Positions 19,687 to 29,925 of a stretch of 64,000 nt of DNA are shown here, one piece after another. The notes under the pieces were generated by a model, which had not been told where the DNA came from, did no database searches, and saw only the letters and a list, made by a program, of their open reading frames with translations. The number at the start of each line of letters is the position of its first letter. Positions within the stretch are counted from its first letter, which is position 1. The stretch covers positions 128,001-192,000 of the forward strand of contig CAVUXE010000029.1 of the NCBI GenBank assembly GCA_963745235.1. Direction: 5' to 3'. This DNA comes from an uncultured Spirochaetota bacterium (GTDB lineage Bacteria; Spirochaetota; Spirochaetia; SZUA-6; Fen-1364). Made by a program: the position numbers and the translations under genes.

Positions 19687-20937
19687 ATGGCGGAACTCAA
19701 TCCATTCAAGATCGCCCAGAAACAGCTGGACACCGCGGCCGCCACGCTCGGCCTCGACGAAGGCGACCCACCAGCTCCTGCGCTGGCCCCAGCGCGAGCT
19801 GCAGGTGACCTTTCCCGTTCGCATGGACGACGGGTCCGTCAGGATCTTCCACGGCTACCGCGTGCAGTACAACGGCGCGCGCGGCCCCACCAAGGGCGGG
19901 CCTGCGCTGGCACCCGGATGAGACCATCGACACGGTGCGCGCGCTTTCCGCGTGGATGACGTGGAAGACGCGCGGTCGTCGACCTGCCCCTGGGCGGAGC
20001 CAAGGGCGGCGTGACCTGCAACCCCAAGGAGCTGTCCACCGCGGAAAAGGAGAGACTGGCCCGGGCGTACATCCGGGCCGTCGGACGGTTCCTCTCCGAA
20101 ACGCAGGACGTCCCGGCTCCCGACGTGTACACGACACCCGAGATCATGGCGTGGATGATGGACGAGTACGAGACGATCATCGGCCAGCACAGCCCCGGCG
20201 TCATCACGGGCAAGCCCATCCCGCTGGGCGGGTCCGCGGGCCGCGGGGACGCCACCGCGCGCGGCGGCATCTACGTTACCCGCGAGGCGGCAGCGAAGCT
20301 GGGCCTGGACCTCAAGGGCAAGGCAATGGCCATCCAGGGCTTCGGGAACGCCGGCCAGTACGCCGCGCTCCTGGGCTCGGAGATCCTCGGGCTGAAGCTC
20401 GTGGCGGCCTCGGATTCCCAGGGCGGCGTGTACAACGCCAAGGGCCTGGACGCGAAGGCCCTGGTGGACTACAAGCAGAAAACCGGCAGCCTGTCGGGGT
20501 TCCCCGGCGCGGAGAGCATCTCCAACGAGAAGCTCCTGGAGCTGGACGTGGCGGTGCTCTTCCCCGCGGCCCTGGAGAACATGATCACGGACATGAACGC
20601 GGCGCGCATCAAGGCGAAGATCGTCTGCGAGCTGGCCAACGGGCCCACGACCCCGGAGGCGGACGCCGTCCTCTACAAGAACAAGGTGTTCGTCATCCCC
20701 GACTTCCTCGCCAACGCGGGCGGCGTCACGGTGTCCTACTTCGAGCAGGTGCAGAACGCCTACAACTACTACTGGAACCTCGACCTGGTCTACAGCAGGC
20801 TGGATGAGAAGATGACCAAGGCGTTCCACGACGTGTACGCGATGCACGAGCGGCACAAGGTGAACATGCGCGAGGCTGCCTACCTCGTCTCCGTGAGCAG
20901 GGTGGCGGAGGCCTGCAAGCTCCGCGGGTGGGTGTGA
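19687..20937 (+). CDS. gdhA: Glu/Leu/Phe/Val dehydrogenase (glutamate dehydrogenase), N-terminal frameshifts
   Basis: [68 protein letters not shown]. Confidence 0.9.
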
Positions 20938-23241
20938 GCGAGAACTTTCTCCCGCGCACCCTCAGCCCGATCAAGGGCTACCGTCTCTTCCGGAAGATCG
21001 CGCGGTTCCCCGAGCTGCTCCCGCAGATGCGGAACACGTTCCTGGAAGTGCTGCTGGAGCGCGGGATCACCACGCCGGAGCAGCTCGCCGCCCTGGCGGC
21101 CCGGCAGATGCGCGCCGACGGCGTGGAGGACACGGAGGCCAACCGGGCCGAGTACACGGATGCGCTGATCGACCTGCTGTTCGCCAACAACCTGAGCCCG
21201 GAGGAGGTGGAGAACTAGGTCAACCTGGTGCGCAAGCGGGACAGGTGCCAGGAGCTGGGCCGGGTGGTGGCGAGCGACCATGCCAGCGCGCTCACCATCT
21301 GGCGGGCCCTGCGCGAGTTCTGCGACATCCCCAAGGGGGAGCTGTACATCTCCCGCGAGGAGGCGGAGGGCATCCGGGTCTCCCTGCTCTCCTACTACAT
21401 CTCCAGCCAGCTCCCGTTCATCGGCATCGCCAAGAACCACGTCACCATCCGGGACATCGACACCGTGCTGGGCAACACCATCGGCCACGTCACCTACCCG
21501 GGGAAGCTGGGGGGCAAGGCGGCGGGCATGATCGTGGCCCAGAAGATCCTCCTTCCCATCCTCAGCGAGCGTGACCCGGAGTTCGAGAAGTACATCGCGG
21601 TGCCGGACACGTGGTACATCAGCTCCGGCGTATTTTCGGATTTCATCGACAGGAACCATTTCTACGTTTTCCACACCCACAAGTACCGCGACCGCGAGGC
21701 CATCGACGAGGAGTACCAGCGCGTCGGGGGGCTGTTCGAGAAGGCCGACTTCTCCCCGGACGTCGTGGAGGAGTTCCGCGGCCTGATCCGCCAGATCGGG
21801 GAGCACCCCATCATCGTGCGCTCCTCCAGCTACCTGGAGGACAGCTTCGGCCTCGCCTTCTCGGGGAAATACCAGTCCATCTTCCTCGCCAACCAGGGCG
21901 AGCGAGGAGGCGCGCCTGGCCGCGTTCATCCGCGGCGTGAAGACGGTCCTTGCCAGCATGTACGGCCCGGACCCCATCATCTACCGCCGGGACCACGGCC
22001 TCCTGGACTACAACGAGCGCATGGCCATGATCGTGCAGAAGGTCGTGGGCCGCAGGTTCGGCGACTGGTTCTTTCCCCTGGCGGCCGGGCGTCATGTACT
22101 CGTCCAACTCCTGGGCGTGGAACCCGAAGATCAGGAAGCGCGACGGCCTGGTGCGCCTGGTCTTCGGGCTGGGAACGCGCGCGGTGGACAGGGTGGGCGG
22201 GGACTACCCGCGCATGATCCCGCTGAGCCATCCCTGCTTCGGCCCGAGGTCACCGCGGACCAGATCCACAAGTACTCCCAGAAGATGGTGGACGCCATCA
22301 ACCTGCGCACGGGCACTCTGGAGACGGTGGACTTCCGCACCCTGGCCGCGGAGACGCGGCCACCCGGACCTGTTCCTGGCCGTCTCCGTGAACGCGGACG
22401 GGGAGATGCGCGCCCCCCTGTTCCGGACGCAGGAGCTGCCGCCCGCCTCGCTGTGCCTCACGTTCGAGAACTTCCTTTCGAAGTCCGCCGTTCGTGCCCC
22501 TGGTGAAGAAGGTGCTCGCCACGGTGCAGGCCGCCTACGGGAGGCCCGTGGACATGGAGTTCGCCTGGGACGAGGAAAAGCTCTACATCCTCCAGTGCCG
22601 CTCCCTTTCGCTGCGGCGGGAGATGGAGCGCGTGGTGATCCCCGGCGGCGTCCCGGAGGAGGACAAGCTGTTCGTCTCGACCCAGGGAGCTCTCCAACGC
22701 TGTGGTGACGAACATCGAGTACGTCGTGTACGTGGATCCCCGCGCCTACGACCGCTCTGGACACGTGGAGAAGAAGCACAGGGTCGGGTGGGCGGTGGGG
22801 CAGCTCAACTAGCGGCTGGCGGGCAAACGCTACGCGCTCCTGGGCCCCGGGCGCTGGGGGAGCAACGACATCAACCTCGGCGTGCGGGTCACCTATTCCG
22901 ACATCAACAACACGCGGCTCCTGGTGGAGATCGCGTTTGCCCGGGACGGCTATACGCCGGAGGTCTCCTACGGCACGCACTTCTTCCAGGACCTCGTGGA
23001 GGCGGACATCGCCATGATGCCCCTGTATCCGGACGCGCCGGGGTGCATGCTGGGGGAAGGGTTCCTCCTGGGAGCGGAGAACTCTCTTTCCAACCTGGTC
23101 GAGTCTCTTCGAGATCTCGGAGACGTCATGCGCGTCATCCACGTCCCTTCCGCCCGGGAAGGGAAGATGCTTCACGTCTACCTGGACGAGGAAAAGCAGG
23201 AAGGGATCGGCATCTTCGGGCCGCTCATCGAGGCCGGCTGA
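20934..23241 (+). CDS. PEP/pyruvate-binding (PPDK/PEP synthase N-terminal-like) protein, disrupted by 2 in-frame TAGs and several frameshifts
   Basis: [71 protein letters not shown]. Could be a pseudogene or assembly errors. Confidence 0.75.
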
Positions 23242-23864
23242 AGATTGCCACCTGCCAGAGACCCGGTGAGGAAGCGCCTCTCGAGCGTCAGTCCGCGGGA
23301 CCCCACAAAAGCCTCCACCCTTTCCCTTCGATGCACGTAGGTCTTGAAGTCTTCCATCCCGACCCAGAGATTGAATGCCCAGTTGATGACCCGGGAGACC
23401 CACATGTCGCTCGGATAGACGAGGCCCAGGGTCCTGCGCGCTTTCTCCGCCGACAGCGTGAGGAGGGACTCCGCATCGGGGTAGCAGCAGACAACCTTGT
23501 CCAGCACGACAAAGTCCGCGGGGGCGATCTCGGGGGCAAGGTCCACCAGGTCTCCGTGAAGATGCTTCACACGATCACGCACGCCGCGGCGGGCGGCTTC
23601 TCTTTCAGCCGCCTTCAGGAAAGCCCGGGATGCATCCACATCCGTTGCTGAGCTTGCTCCCGCGGCCAGAAGCGCCAGGTGCGCGGCGCCCACGCCGCCG
23701 CCGACGTCCAGGACGGTGCTCCCGGTCACTCCTTCACGGATGAGCTCACGGACGAGCCGGCGGGTCGTCATGCGAGGCCCGCGTTTTCGATAGCGCTTCA
23801 GCTCGTCTTTGGCGTGTTCGGCGTCGAACATTTCCTCGATTCCGGCGCACTGTTTGCAGCTCAT
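23225..23864 (-). CDS. Class I SAM-dependent methyltransferase (BchM-like)
   Basis: VLDVGGGVG, DKVVCCYPD. The C-terminus is probably frameshifted ([11 protein letters not shown] ending at 23225; ORF track runs to 23178). Confidence 0.75.
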
Positions 23865-23923
23865 CTTGCGTTAGAATATGACTTCCAGTAGGATGCCGTG
23901 TCAAACGGTGCTCGCGGGGAGGG

Positions 23924-25229
23924 GTGCATATTTCGACTCAGCAGTGGATTGCACTTGGTATTTTCGTCCTTTCGTATGCTCTGATCATTTCAGAAAAAGT
24001 AGACCGCACAATCGTCTCCATCCTTGGAGCGGTCCTTGCGTTCATTCTTGTCCTCGGCCCCAGCCAGGCTCTCCAGTACGAGAACTGGGAGACCATCATC
24101 TTCGTCTTCGGAATGATGATTATCGTGGAGGCGCTGAGCCTCTCGGGTTTCTTCCGCTGGCTCGGCCTCCATGGCGCGCGCTGGGTGAAGCTGGACCCCG
24201 TGCTGCTCTTCATCCTGCTGCCGCTGCTGACCGGGTTCCTTTCCGCCTTCATGGGCAGCATCGCGGTCATGCTTTTCATGTGCACGTTGACCCTTGAGCT
24301 GGGGGAGATCATCGGGATCAATCCGCTTCCGCTCATTCTCTCCGAGATAGCGGCGTCAAACATCGGCGGGGCCTCCACCATGGTGGGTGACCCGCCCAAC
24401 GTCATCCTGGGCACCTATTTCCAGCTCTCCTTCCTCGACTTTCTCAGGAACACCGGGCTGATTGCCCTCATCGGGTTCGTGGTCAACACCGCCTTCTTCA
24501 TCTGGTTCTACCGGCGGGACATCTTCGCGCCGCGCAGGCGGCTCAGGGAAGATCCGCAGAGGCTGCAGCGGCAGGTTGACTCCCTGGAGCCCAGGAGGGC
24601 GGTCCGCGACCAGCGCCTCTTCGCGGTGGGCCTTGTGGCAATGCTGTATGTCACGGTGGCTCTGCTCACCAACGGCGTGACGCACCTGTCGGTGGGCATG
24701 ATCGCCATGACGGGGGCGCTGGGTGCGCTGCTGCTGGGCGGCAGGGAAATGGGGAAGGTGGTTCAGAAGCTGGACTACTCCACGCTTGTCTTCTTCGCCG
24801 GGCTGTTCATCATTGTGGGCGCGGTTGAGCACGCGGGTCTGCTCACCATCGTGGCGAACGGGGTGAGAGAGCTGTCAGGGGGAAGCTTTTTCATTGCGTT
24901 GTCCATCGTCCTGTGGGTGAGCGCGTTCGGCTCCTCCATCGTGGACAACGTCCCTTTCGCCGCGACGATGGCGCCGCTGCTCAGGCACCTGGGCGGGGCG
25001 CCCGGGTTTCTCGATTGCCCCCCTGGTCTGGTCCGCGTCGCTGGGGACGGACATCGGGGGAAATGGGACCCCGATTGGCGCCTCGGCGAACGTCGTTGCG
25101 GTTGCGACGTACGAGCGCACCACGGGAAAGAAAATCGGCTGGGGCTACTACTGCAAGTCTTCCTACCCGGCCATGATGCTGGTCGTTCTTGTCTGCAACC
25201 TGCTCATCTACTTATTTCATATCCGTTGA
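23924..25229 (+). CDS. ArsB/NhaD/SLC13 family ion transporter, frameshift near 25010
   Basis: ASNIGGASTMVGDPPN, SSIVDNVPF; alternate-frame GTDIGGNGTPIGASANVV ending at TGA 25229. Confidence 0.82.
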
Positions 25230-25241
25230 AAAGTATCCGTT

Positions 25242-25276
25242 GAAAAAAGAATGCCGGCCCCGGTGGCCGGCATTCT
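25242..25276 (-). terminator. Rho-independent terminator of mmsA
   Basis: 12-bp perfect stem AGAATGCCGGCC/GGCCGGCATTCT with an adjacent A-run (U-tract on the minus strand). Confidence 0.75.
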
Positions 25277-25293
25277 GAAGTCCTCAAACAGCG

Positions 25294-26844
25294 CTACTTC
25301 CTGTCCGGCATCGACATCATGCCGTCCCAGGTGCTCACCTTTCCTTCCCGCGCTTCCTCCTCGGACCACCAGTGCGACGTGACGCTCTTCAGCTCCGTGT
25401 AGAACCGCACGGCGTCCGTCCCCATTGCATGCAGGTCCCCGAAGAAGGAGTTCTTGTGCCCGGTGAAGCCGATCATGCCGAGCGGCACCGGGATCCCGAC
25501 GTTGATTCCCACCATTCCGCCATGGGTGCGGCGGGAGAACTCGCGGGCATAGTAGCCGTTCTGCGTGTAGATCACCGAGCCGTTGGCGAACTCGTTCTTG
25601 TTCATCAGGGCAAGGCCTTCCTCGAAGTCCTTCACCCTCTTGATGCAGAGCACCGGGCCGAATATCTCCCGATCCCCGATGGTCATTCCCGGCTTCACGT
25701 GGTCGAAGAGGGTCGGCCCCAGGTAGAAGCCCTTCTCGTAGCCCTTCACGCAATGATTGCGTCCGTCCAGCACGAGCTTCGCGCCCTCTTCAACGCCCTT
25801 CTGGATCCAGTTGATGACCGACTGGCGATGGTCCGCGTTCACCAGGGGCCCGAGCTGGCTGGTCTTGTCGTACGCGGGTCCGACCTTCAGCTCCTTCATG
25901 ACTTTGACCAGCGCCTCGACGAGCTTGTCGGCAATGGCCTCCTCCACCACTGCAACCGGCAGCGCCATGCACCTTTCACCCGCGCATCCGCACGCGGAGT
26001 TCACGATGCCCCGCGCCGTCCGCTCCAGGGGAGCGTCCCGCAGAACGAGGGCGTGGTTCTTTGCCTCCGTGAGGGCCTGCACGCGCTTCCCGTTGGCTGC
26101 GGCGGTGGCGTAGATGTGCCTGCCGATGGAGGTCGAGCCGACGAACGTGACGCCCTTGATGTCGGGGTGACGGAGGAGGATCTCCGCCTCATTGCGGGAG
26201 CAGGTCACGAGGTTGATGACGCCCTTGGGAAGCCCCGCCTCCTCCCACAGCTCCATGATCCTGACCGCGGACTGCGGCACGAAGCTTGCGAGCTTCAGGA
26301 CAAGCGTATTGCCGGTGGCGATGCACAACGGGGCAACCCATCCCATGGGAAGCATGGCCGGGAAGTTCCAGGGCACGATTCCCGCAAATACGCCCAGGGG
26401 CTCCATGTACTGCACCGTGTCGTGGCCCGAGGTGATGTTCATGATTGCCGGGCCCTTCATGAGGTGGGGGATGCCGCAGGCGAACTCCACCAGCTCCGTC
26501 ACCTTGACCGCGTCACCCACCGCTTCATCGATGACCTTCCCGTGCTCTTTTGCAACGAGCAATGTGAGCTCGTCGAGGTGCTTGTCCAGGAGGCCTTTCA
26601 TGCGGAAGAGGACCTGGACCCGCTTGCTGGCCGGAGTATCGGCCCATGCCGGAAAAGCGGCAGAGGCCGCCGCAATGGCTTCCTCCACTTCAGACGGCGT
26701 GCACTGGGGCGCCTGTGCGATCACCTCGCCGGTCGACGGGTCGTAGCAATCCATGTACTTGGAGCTCTTGGACTCCTTCCAACCTCCGGCGTAATAACGC
26801 AGCTTCCTGACAGCCTGCTTTTGAACAGTCTGGGTCTGAGGCAT
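25294..26844 (-). CDS. mmsA: CoA-acylating (methyl)malonate-semialdehyde dehydrogenase
   Basis: PWNFPAM, FVGST, AKNH, GCAGERCMA, EIFGP, GINVGIPVP; context is beta-alanine catabolism. Confidence 0.9.
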   Translation of the reverse strand: MPQTQTVQKQAVRKLRYYAGGWKESKSSKYMDCYDPSTGEVIAQAPQCTPSEVEEAIAAASAAFPAWADTPASKRVQVLFRMKGLLDKHLDELTLLVAKEHGKVIDEAVGDAVKVTELVEFACGIPHLMKGPAIMNITSGHDTVQYMEPLGVFAGIVPWNFPAMLPMGWVAPLCIATGNTLVLKLASFVPQSAVRIMELWEEAGLPKGVINLVTCSRNEAEILLRHPDIKGVTFVGSTSIGRHIYATAAANGKRVQALTEAKNHALVLRDAPLERTARGIVNSACGCAGERCMALPVAVVEEAIADKLVEALVKVMKELKVGPAYDKTSQLGPLVNADHRQSVINWIQKGVEEGAKLVLDGRNHCVKGYEKGFYLGPTLFDHVKPGMTIGDREIFGPVLCIKRVKDFEEGLALMNKNEFANGSVIYTQNGYYAREFSRRTHGGMVGINVGIPVPLGMIGFTGHKNSFFGDLHAMGTDAVRFYTELKSVTSHWWSEEEAREGKVSTWDGMMSMPDRK

Positions 26845-26978
26845 ATGGCTCTCCTTGTTTCGCTTGATGATCAGCGGGATTGCAGCATGATACCACCTGC
26901 GGCATGAGCCGTCAACGAGAATATGCGGCGGGCTCTCCGTGTCTCTCCCGCATCTTTATGAATTTCTTGAGAATTTTC

Positions 26979-27007
26979 TTGCTTTTTGAGGGGGCCCATT
27001 TTATAGT
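26979..27007 (+). promoter_or_regulatory. Sigma70 promoter of NCS1 transporter
   Basis: TTGCTT-N17-TATAGT in an AT-rich intergenic region. Confidence 0.6.
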
Positions 27008-27130
27008 GAGCTACTTCGCTCTGTTGGTCTGCCAGTCAGAGGAGCGAGCTCCCATGGACTACCTGACTGGGGACAGGGTGTCACCAGCCGGAGAATAATT
27101 CCAAGCCACTAAGAAACAAAGGAGGTTTCC

Positions 27131-28609
27131 ATGGCGGAACAGATGTATGAGCTGCAGCGGGATGTCTCGCAGAACCACCGGCTCTACAACAAGGACCTGG
27201 CGCCCATTGAGATCAAGCGGCGCAAGTGGGGCACCTACAACTTCGCTGCGCTCTGGATCGGTATGGCGCACTGTGTCCCTACGTATCTGCTGGCAGGAGG
27301 GCTGATCGCCCTGGGCATGGACTGGAAACAGGCCCTGTTCACCATCACCCTGGGCAACTTGATCGTCCTGGTCCCGATGCTCCTGAATGCACACCCCGGC
27401 ACGAAATACGGGATTCCCTTTCCCGTCTTTGCCCGCGCCTCGTTCGGGGTTTTCGGGGCGAACATCCCCGCCCTCCTGCGCGCCATCGTGGCCTGCGGAT
27501 GGTTCGGGATCAACACCTATATCGGCTCGCTTGCAATCGACATCTTTCTTGGCAAGCTGATACCGGGATGGAGCGCCATCGGAGGCGCAACGACATTCGC
27601 CTTCGGAATGACGGTGCATGGGGCCATCGCGTTCATGATCTTCTGGATCTTCCAGATCTACATCATTCTCCGCGGCATGGATGCGGTGCGCGTATTCGAG
27701 AACTGGGCGGCACCTTTCGTCATCATCCTCGGCCTTGCCCTGGTAATCTGGATGATCACCGCCGCCAAGGGCTTCGGTCCCCTTCTTTCGCAGCCCAGCA
27801 AGTTCCACAGCTTTGGCGACTATTTCAAGGTATTCATTCCCGCCCTGACCGGCATGGTCGGGTTCTGGGCAACCCTGTCTCTGAACATCCCGGACTTCAC
27901 CCGGTTCGGAAGAGGCCAGAAAGAGCAGATGATCGGGCAGGCCATCGGCCTTCCCCCGACCATGCTGGTCTTCTCCGCGTTTGGCGTCATCATCACATCC
28001 GCATCAGCCATCGTGTTCGGTGAGGCCATCTGGGACCCGGCTGTGCTCCTGGGCAAGTTCAGCAACCCCATCACCCTGGTCCTGGCGCTGGTCGGTCTGG
28101 TAGTTGCCTCCTTGTCGGTGAACATTGCCGCCAACACCGTCTCCCCGGCGAACGACTTCTCGAACACCATCCCCAAGCTCATCAGCTTCAGGACGGGCGG
28201 AGTCATCACGGGGATAATCGGCATCCTGATCATGCCCTGGAGGCTTCTTGCTGATCCCAGCGGATACATCTTCGGCTGGCTGGGAACGTACTCGGGCTTC
28301 CTCGGACCCATCGCGGGGGTCCTGATCGCCGACTACTGGGTCATCAGGAGGACAAGGCTCAACCTGGATGATCTGTACACGGAAAAGGGAGAGTATGCTT
28401 TCTCGCGGGGCTTCAATATCAGGGCAATCATTTCCCTTGTCGTCGGCGTGATTGTTGCTCTGATCGGTCTCGTGGTGCACCCGCTCAGGTTCCTCTTTGA
28501 CTACGCGTGGTTCGTCGGCTTCGCGGCCGCGTTCCTGACTCACTGGGCCCTGATGTCAGGGCAGGTTGCGGCGCCGGCTCGGCGGACCCCGGCAGCAAAG
28601 CCTGCCTGA
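27131..28609 (+). CDS. NCS1 nucleobase:cation symporter (PydP-like)
   Basis: WIGMAHCVP, KYGIPFPVFARASFG, FWATLSLNIPDFTR, NIAANTVSP; RBS AAGGAGG. Confidence 0.9.
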   Translation: MAEQMYELQRDVSQNHRLYNKDLAPIEIKRRKWGTYNFAALWIGMAHCVPTYLLAGGLIALGMDWKQALFTITLGNLIVLVPMLLNAHPGTKYGIPFPVFARASFGVFGANIPALLRAIVACGWFGINTYIGSLAIDIFLGKLIPGWSAIGGATTFAFGMTVHGAIAFMIFWIFQIYIILRGMDAVRVFENWAAPFVIILGLALVIWMITAAKGFGPLLSQPSKFHSFGDYFKVFIPALTGMVGFWATLSLNIPDFTRFGRGQKEQMIGQAIGLPPTMLVFSAFGVIITSASAIVFGEAIWDPAVLLGKFSNPITLVLALVGLVVASLSVNIAANTVSPANDFSNTIPKLISFRTGGVITGIIGILIMPWRLLADPSGYIFGWLGTYSGFLGPIAGVLIADYWVIRRTRLNLDDLYTEKGEYAFSRGFNIRAIISLVVGVIVALIGLVVHPLRFLFDYAWFVGFAAAFLTHWALMSGQVAAPARRTPAAKPA

Positions 28610-28631
28610 TTCCGGGAGCCACCAGGCTCAC

Positions 28632-28668
28632 AAAAAAGAGCGCCGGGTCACCCCGGCGCTTTTTGTTT
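28632..28668. terminator. Bidirectional Rho-independent terminator
   Basis: Stem AGCGCCGGG/CCCGGCGCT with loop TCAC, flanked by an A-run and a T-run, between convergent genes. Confidence 0.8.
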
Positions 28669-28764
28669 ACGCGGTCCGTGGCCTCAATGTCCCTGGCGCG
28701 CTCGGAGCCCCTGGACTCGGCGCGGCTCCGCCATCCCTCGCGCGCCCTCCGGGCGTGCTATGGG

Positions 28765-29634
28765 CTAGGGCAGCTGCTCGCCGATCTCGGCATACAGCTC
28801 GGGCCGCCTGTCCCTGAAGAACTGCCAGCCGTCGCGGACCTCGCGGATCTGCTCGAGGTCCAGGTCTGCAACCACGACCTCGTCCTTGTCCTCCGAGCCC
28901 TTGACCAGGATCTTTCCGCGCGGATCCACGAAGTAGCTCGATCCGTAGAACTTGCCGAACTCCCAGGGCTTCTCCAGGCCGACGCGGTTGTTTGCGCCGA
29001 TGAACACGCCGTTGGCCACCGCCTGGGCGGGCTGCTCGAGCTCCCACAGGTACTTGGATTTGCCTTCCGTTGTCGCCGACGGGTTGAAGAGGATCTCCGC
29101 GCCCTTGAGGGCCAGGATCCTGGCGCACTCGGGGAAATGGCGGTCGTAGCATATGTAGATCCCCACCTTCGCATACGCGGTCTGGAACACGGGGAAGGGA
29201 AGGGTGCCGGGCTTGAAGTAGAACTTTTCCCAGAAACCGGGGTAGGTGTGCGGGATGTGCACCTTCCTCATCTTGCCAAGGTATTTTCCGTCAGCGTCGA
29301 GAACCGCGGCGCAGTTGTAGTACACGCCCTCCTGCTCCATCTCGTAGATCGGGAGCACGAGCACCATGCGGAACTTTTTCGCGAGAGGGGCCATCCTTTC
29401 CGTGATAGGGCCAGGCACGGGCTCGGCTGTCCGATACCACTTGATATCCTGTTCTGCGGCGAAATACGGGCCGTGAAACAGCTCCTGCAGGCAGAGGATC
29501 TGGACTCCCTTCTTTCCCGCATCCTCGACGAGGCCGACGTGCTTCTGGATCATTGCCTCCTTGATTTCCTGGAGGGAACCCTCGTGTCGGGGGGTGGAGG
29601 CCTGGATGAGTCCGCAGCGAATGACTCGGGGCAT
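28765..29634 (-). CDS. Nitrilase-family N-carbamoyl-beta-alanine amidohydrolase (beta-ureidopropionase)
   Basis: Glu-Lys-Cys triad: LQELF, RKVHIP, ICYDRHFPE; FWEKFYF. Confidence 0.85.
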   Translation of the reverse strand: MPRVIRCGLIQASTPRHEGSLQEIKEAMIQKHVGLVEDAGKKGVQILCLQELFHGPYFAAEQDIKWYRTAEPVPGPITERMAPLAKKFRMVLVLPIYEMEQEGVYYNCAAVLDADGKYLGKMRKVHIPHTYPGFWEKFYFKPGTLPFPVFQTAYAKVGIYICYDRHFPECARILALKGAEILFNPSATTEGKSKYLWELEQPAQAVANGVFIGANNRVGLEKPWEFGKFYGSSYFVDPRGKILVKGSEDKDEVVVADLDLEQIREVRDGWQFFRDRRPELYAEIGEQLP

Positions 29635-29666
29635 GGGTAACTCCTTTTGGTAGATCTTGGTGGCTC

Positions 29667-29733
29667 ATTATAGAATGAATGAATTCCATTCGGCAACATT
29701 TTTATTTACAACCGGCCTTCGACGTCGTATACT
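29667..29733. promoter_or_regulatory. Divergent sigma70 promoters
   Basis: Plus strand TTTACA(29705)-N17-TATACT(29728). Minus strand TTGCCG-N18-TATAAT(29672-29667), with a GAATG-N5-CATTC inverted repeat across its spacer. Confidence 0.55.
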
Positions 29734-29925
29734 GGGGCGGTCCCGCAGGGGATTCGGCATGATGTATCGGCTCCGTGTGGCGTGCGCAACACGGGGTCCC
29801 ACGGCCCTGCGACGGACCGGAAATAAATCCTTTCTCCGAAGCGCATTGATCCACAGCTTGCCCGTGCGCAGGAACTCTTTCCGCCCGGCAGGCGATGAGA
29901 TTCTTCTTTTCAAGGAGGCTCCACC

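Noticed and set aside
20934-23241. Genome-wide TAG reassignment
   Set aside because: TAG is the normal stop of several intact genes (9409, 12221, 32549, 39423).
23225-23864. Bacteriochlorophyll synthesis (bchM)
   Set aside because: Only generic methyltransferase similarity; no photosynthesis genes in the window.
25220-25246. 13-bp direct repeat TATCCGTTGAAAA as an insertion target-site duplication
   Set aside because: The copies are 1 nt apart with no element between them; most likely a local duplication at the gene end.
27078-27084. Second GTGTCAC as another site of the caspase-ECF promoter
   Set aside because: No GTGTT at 15 nt on either side.
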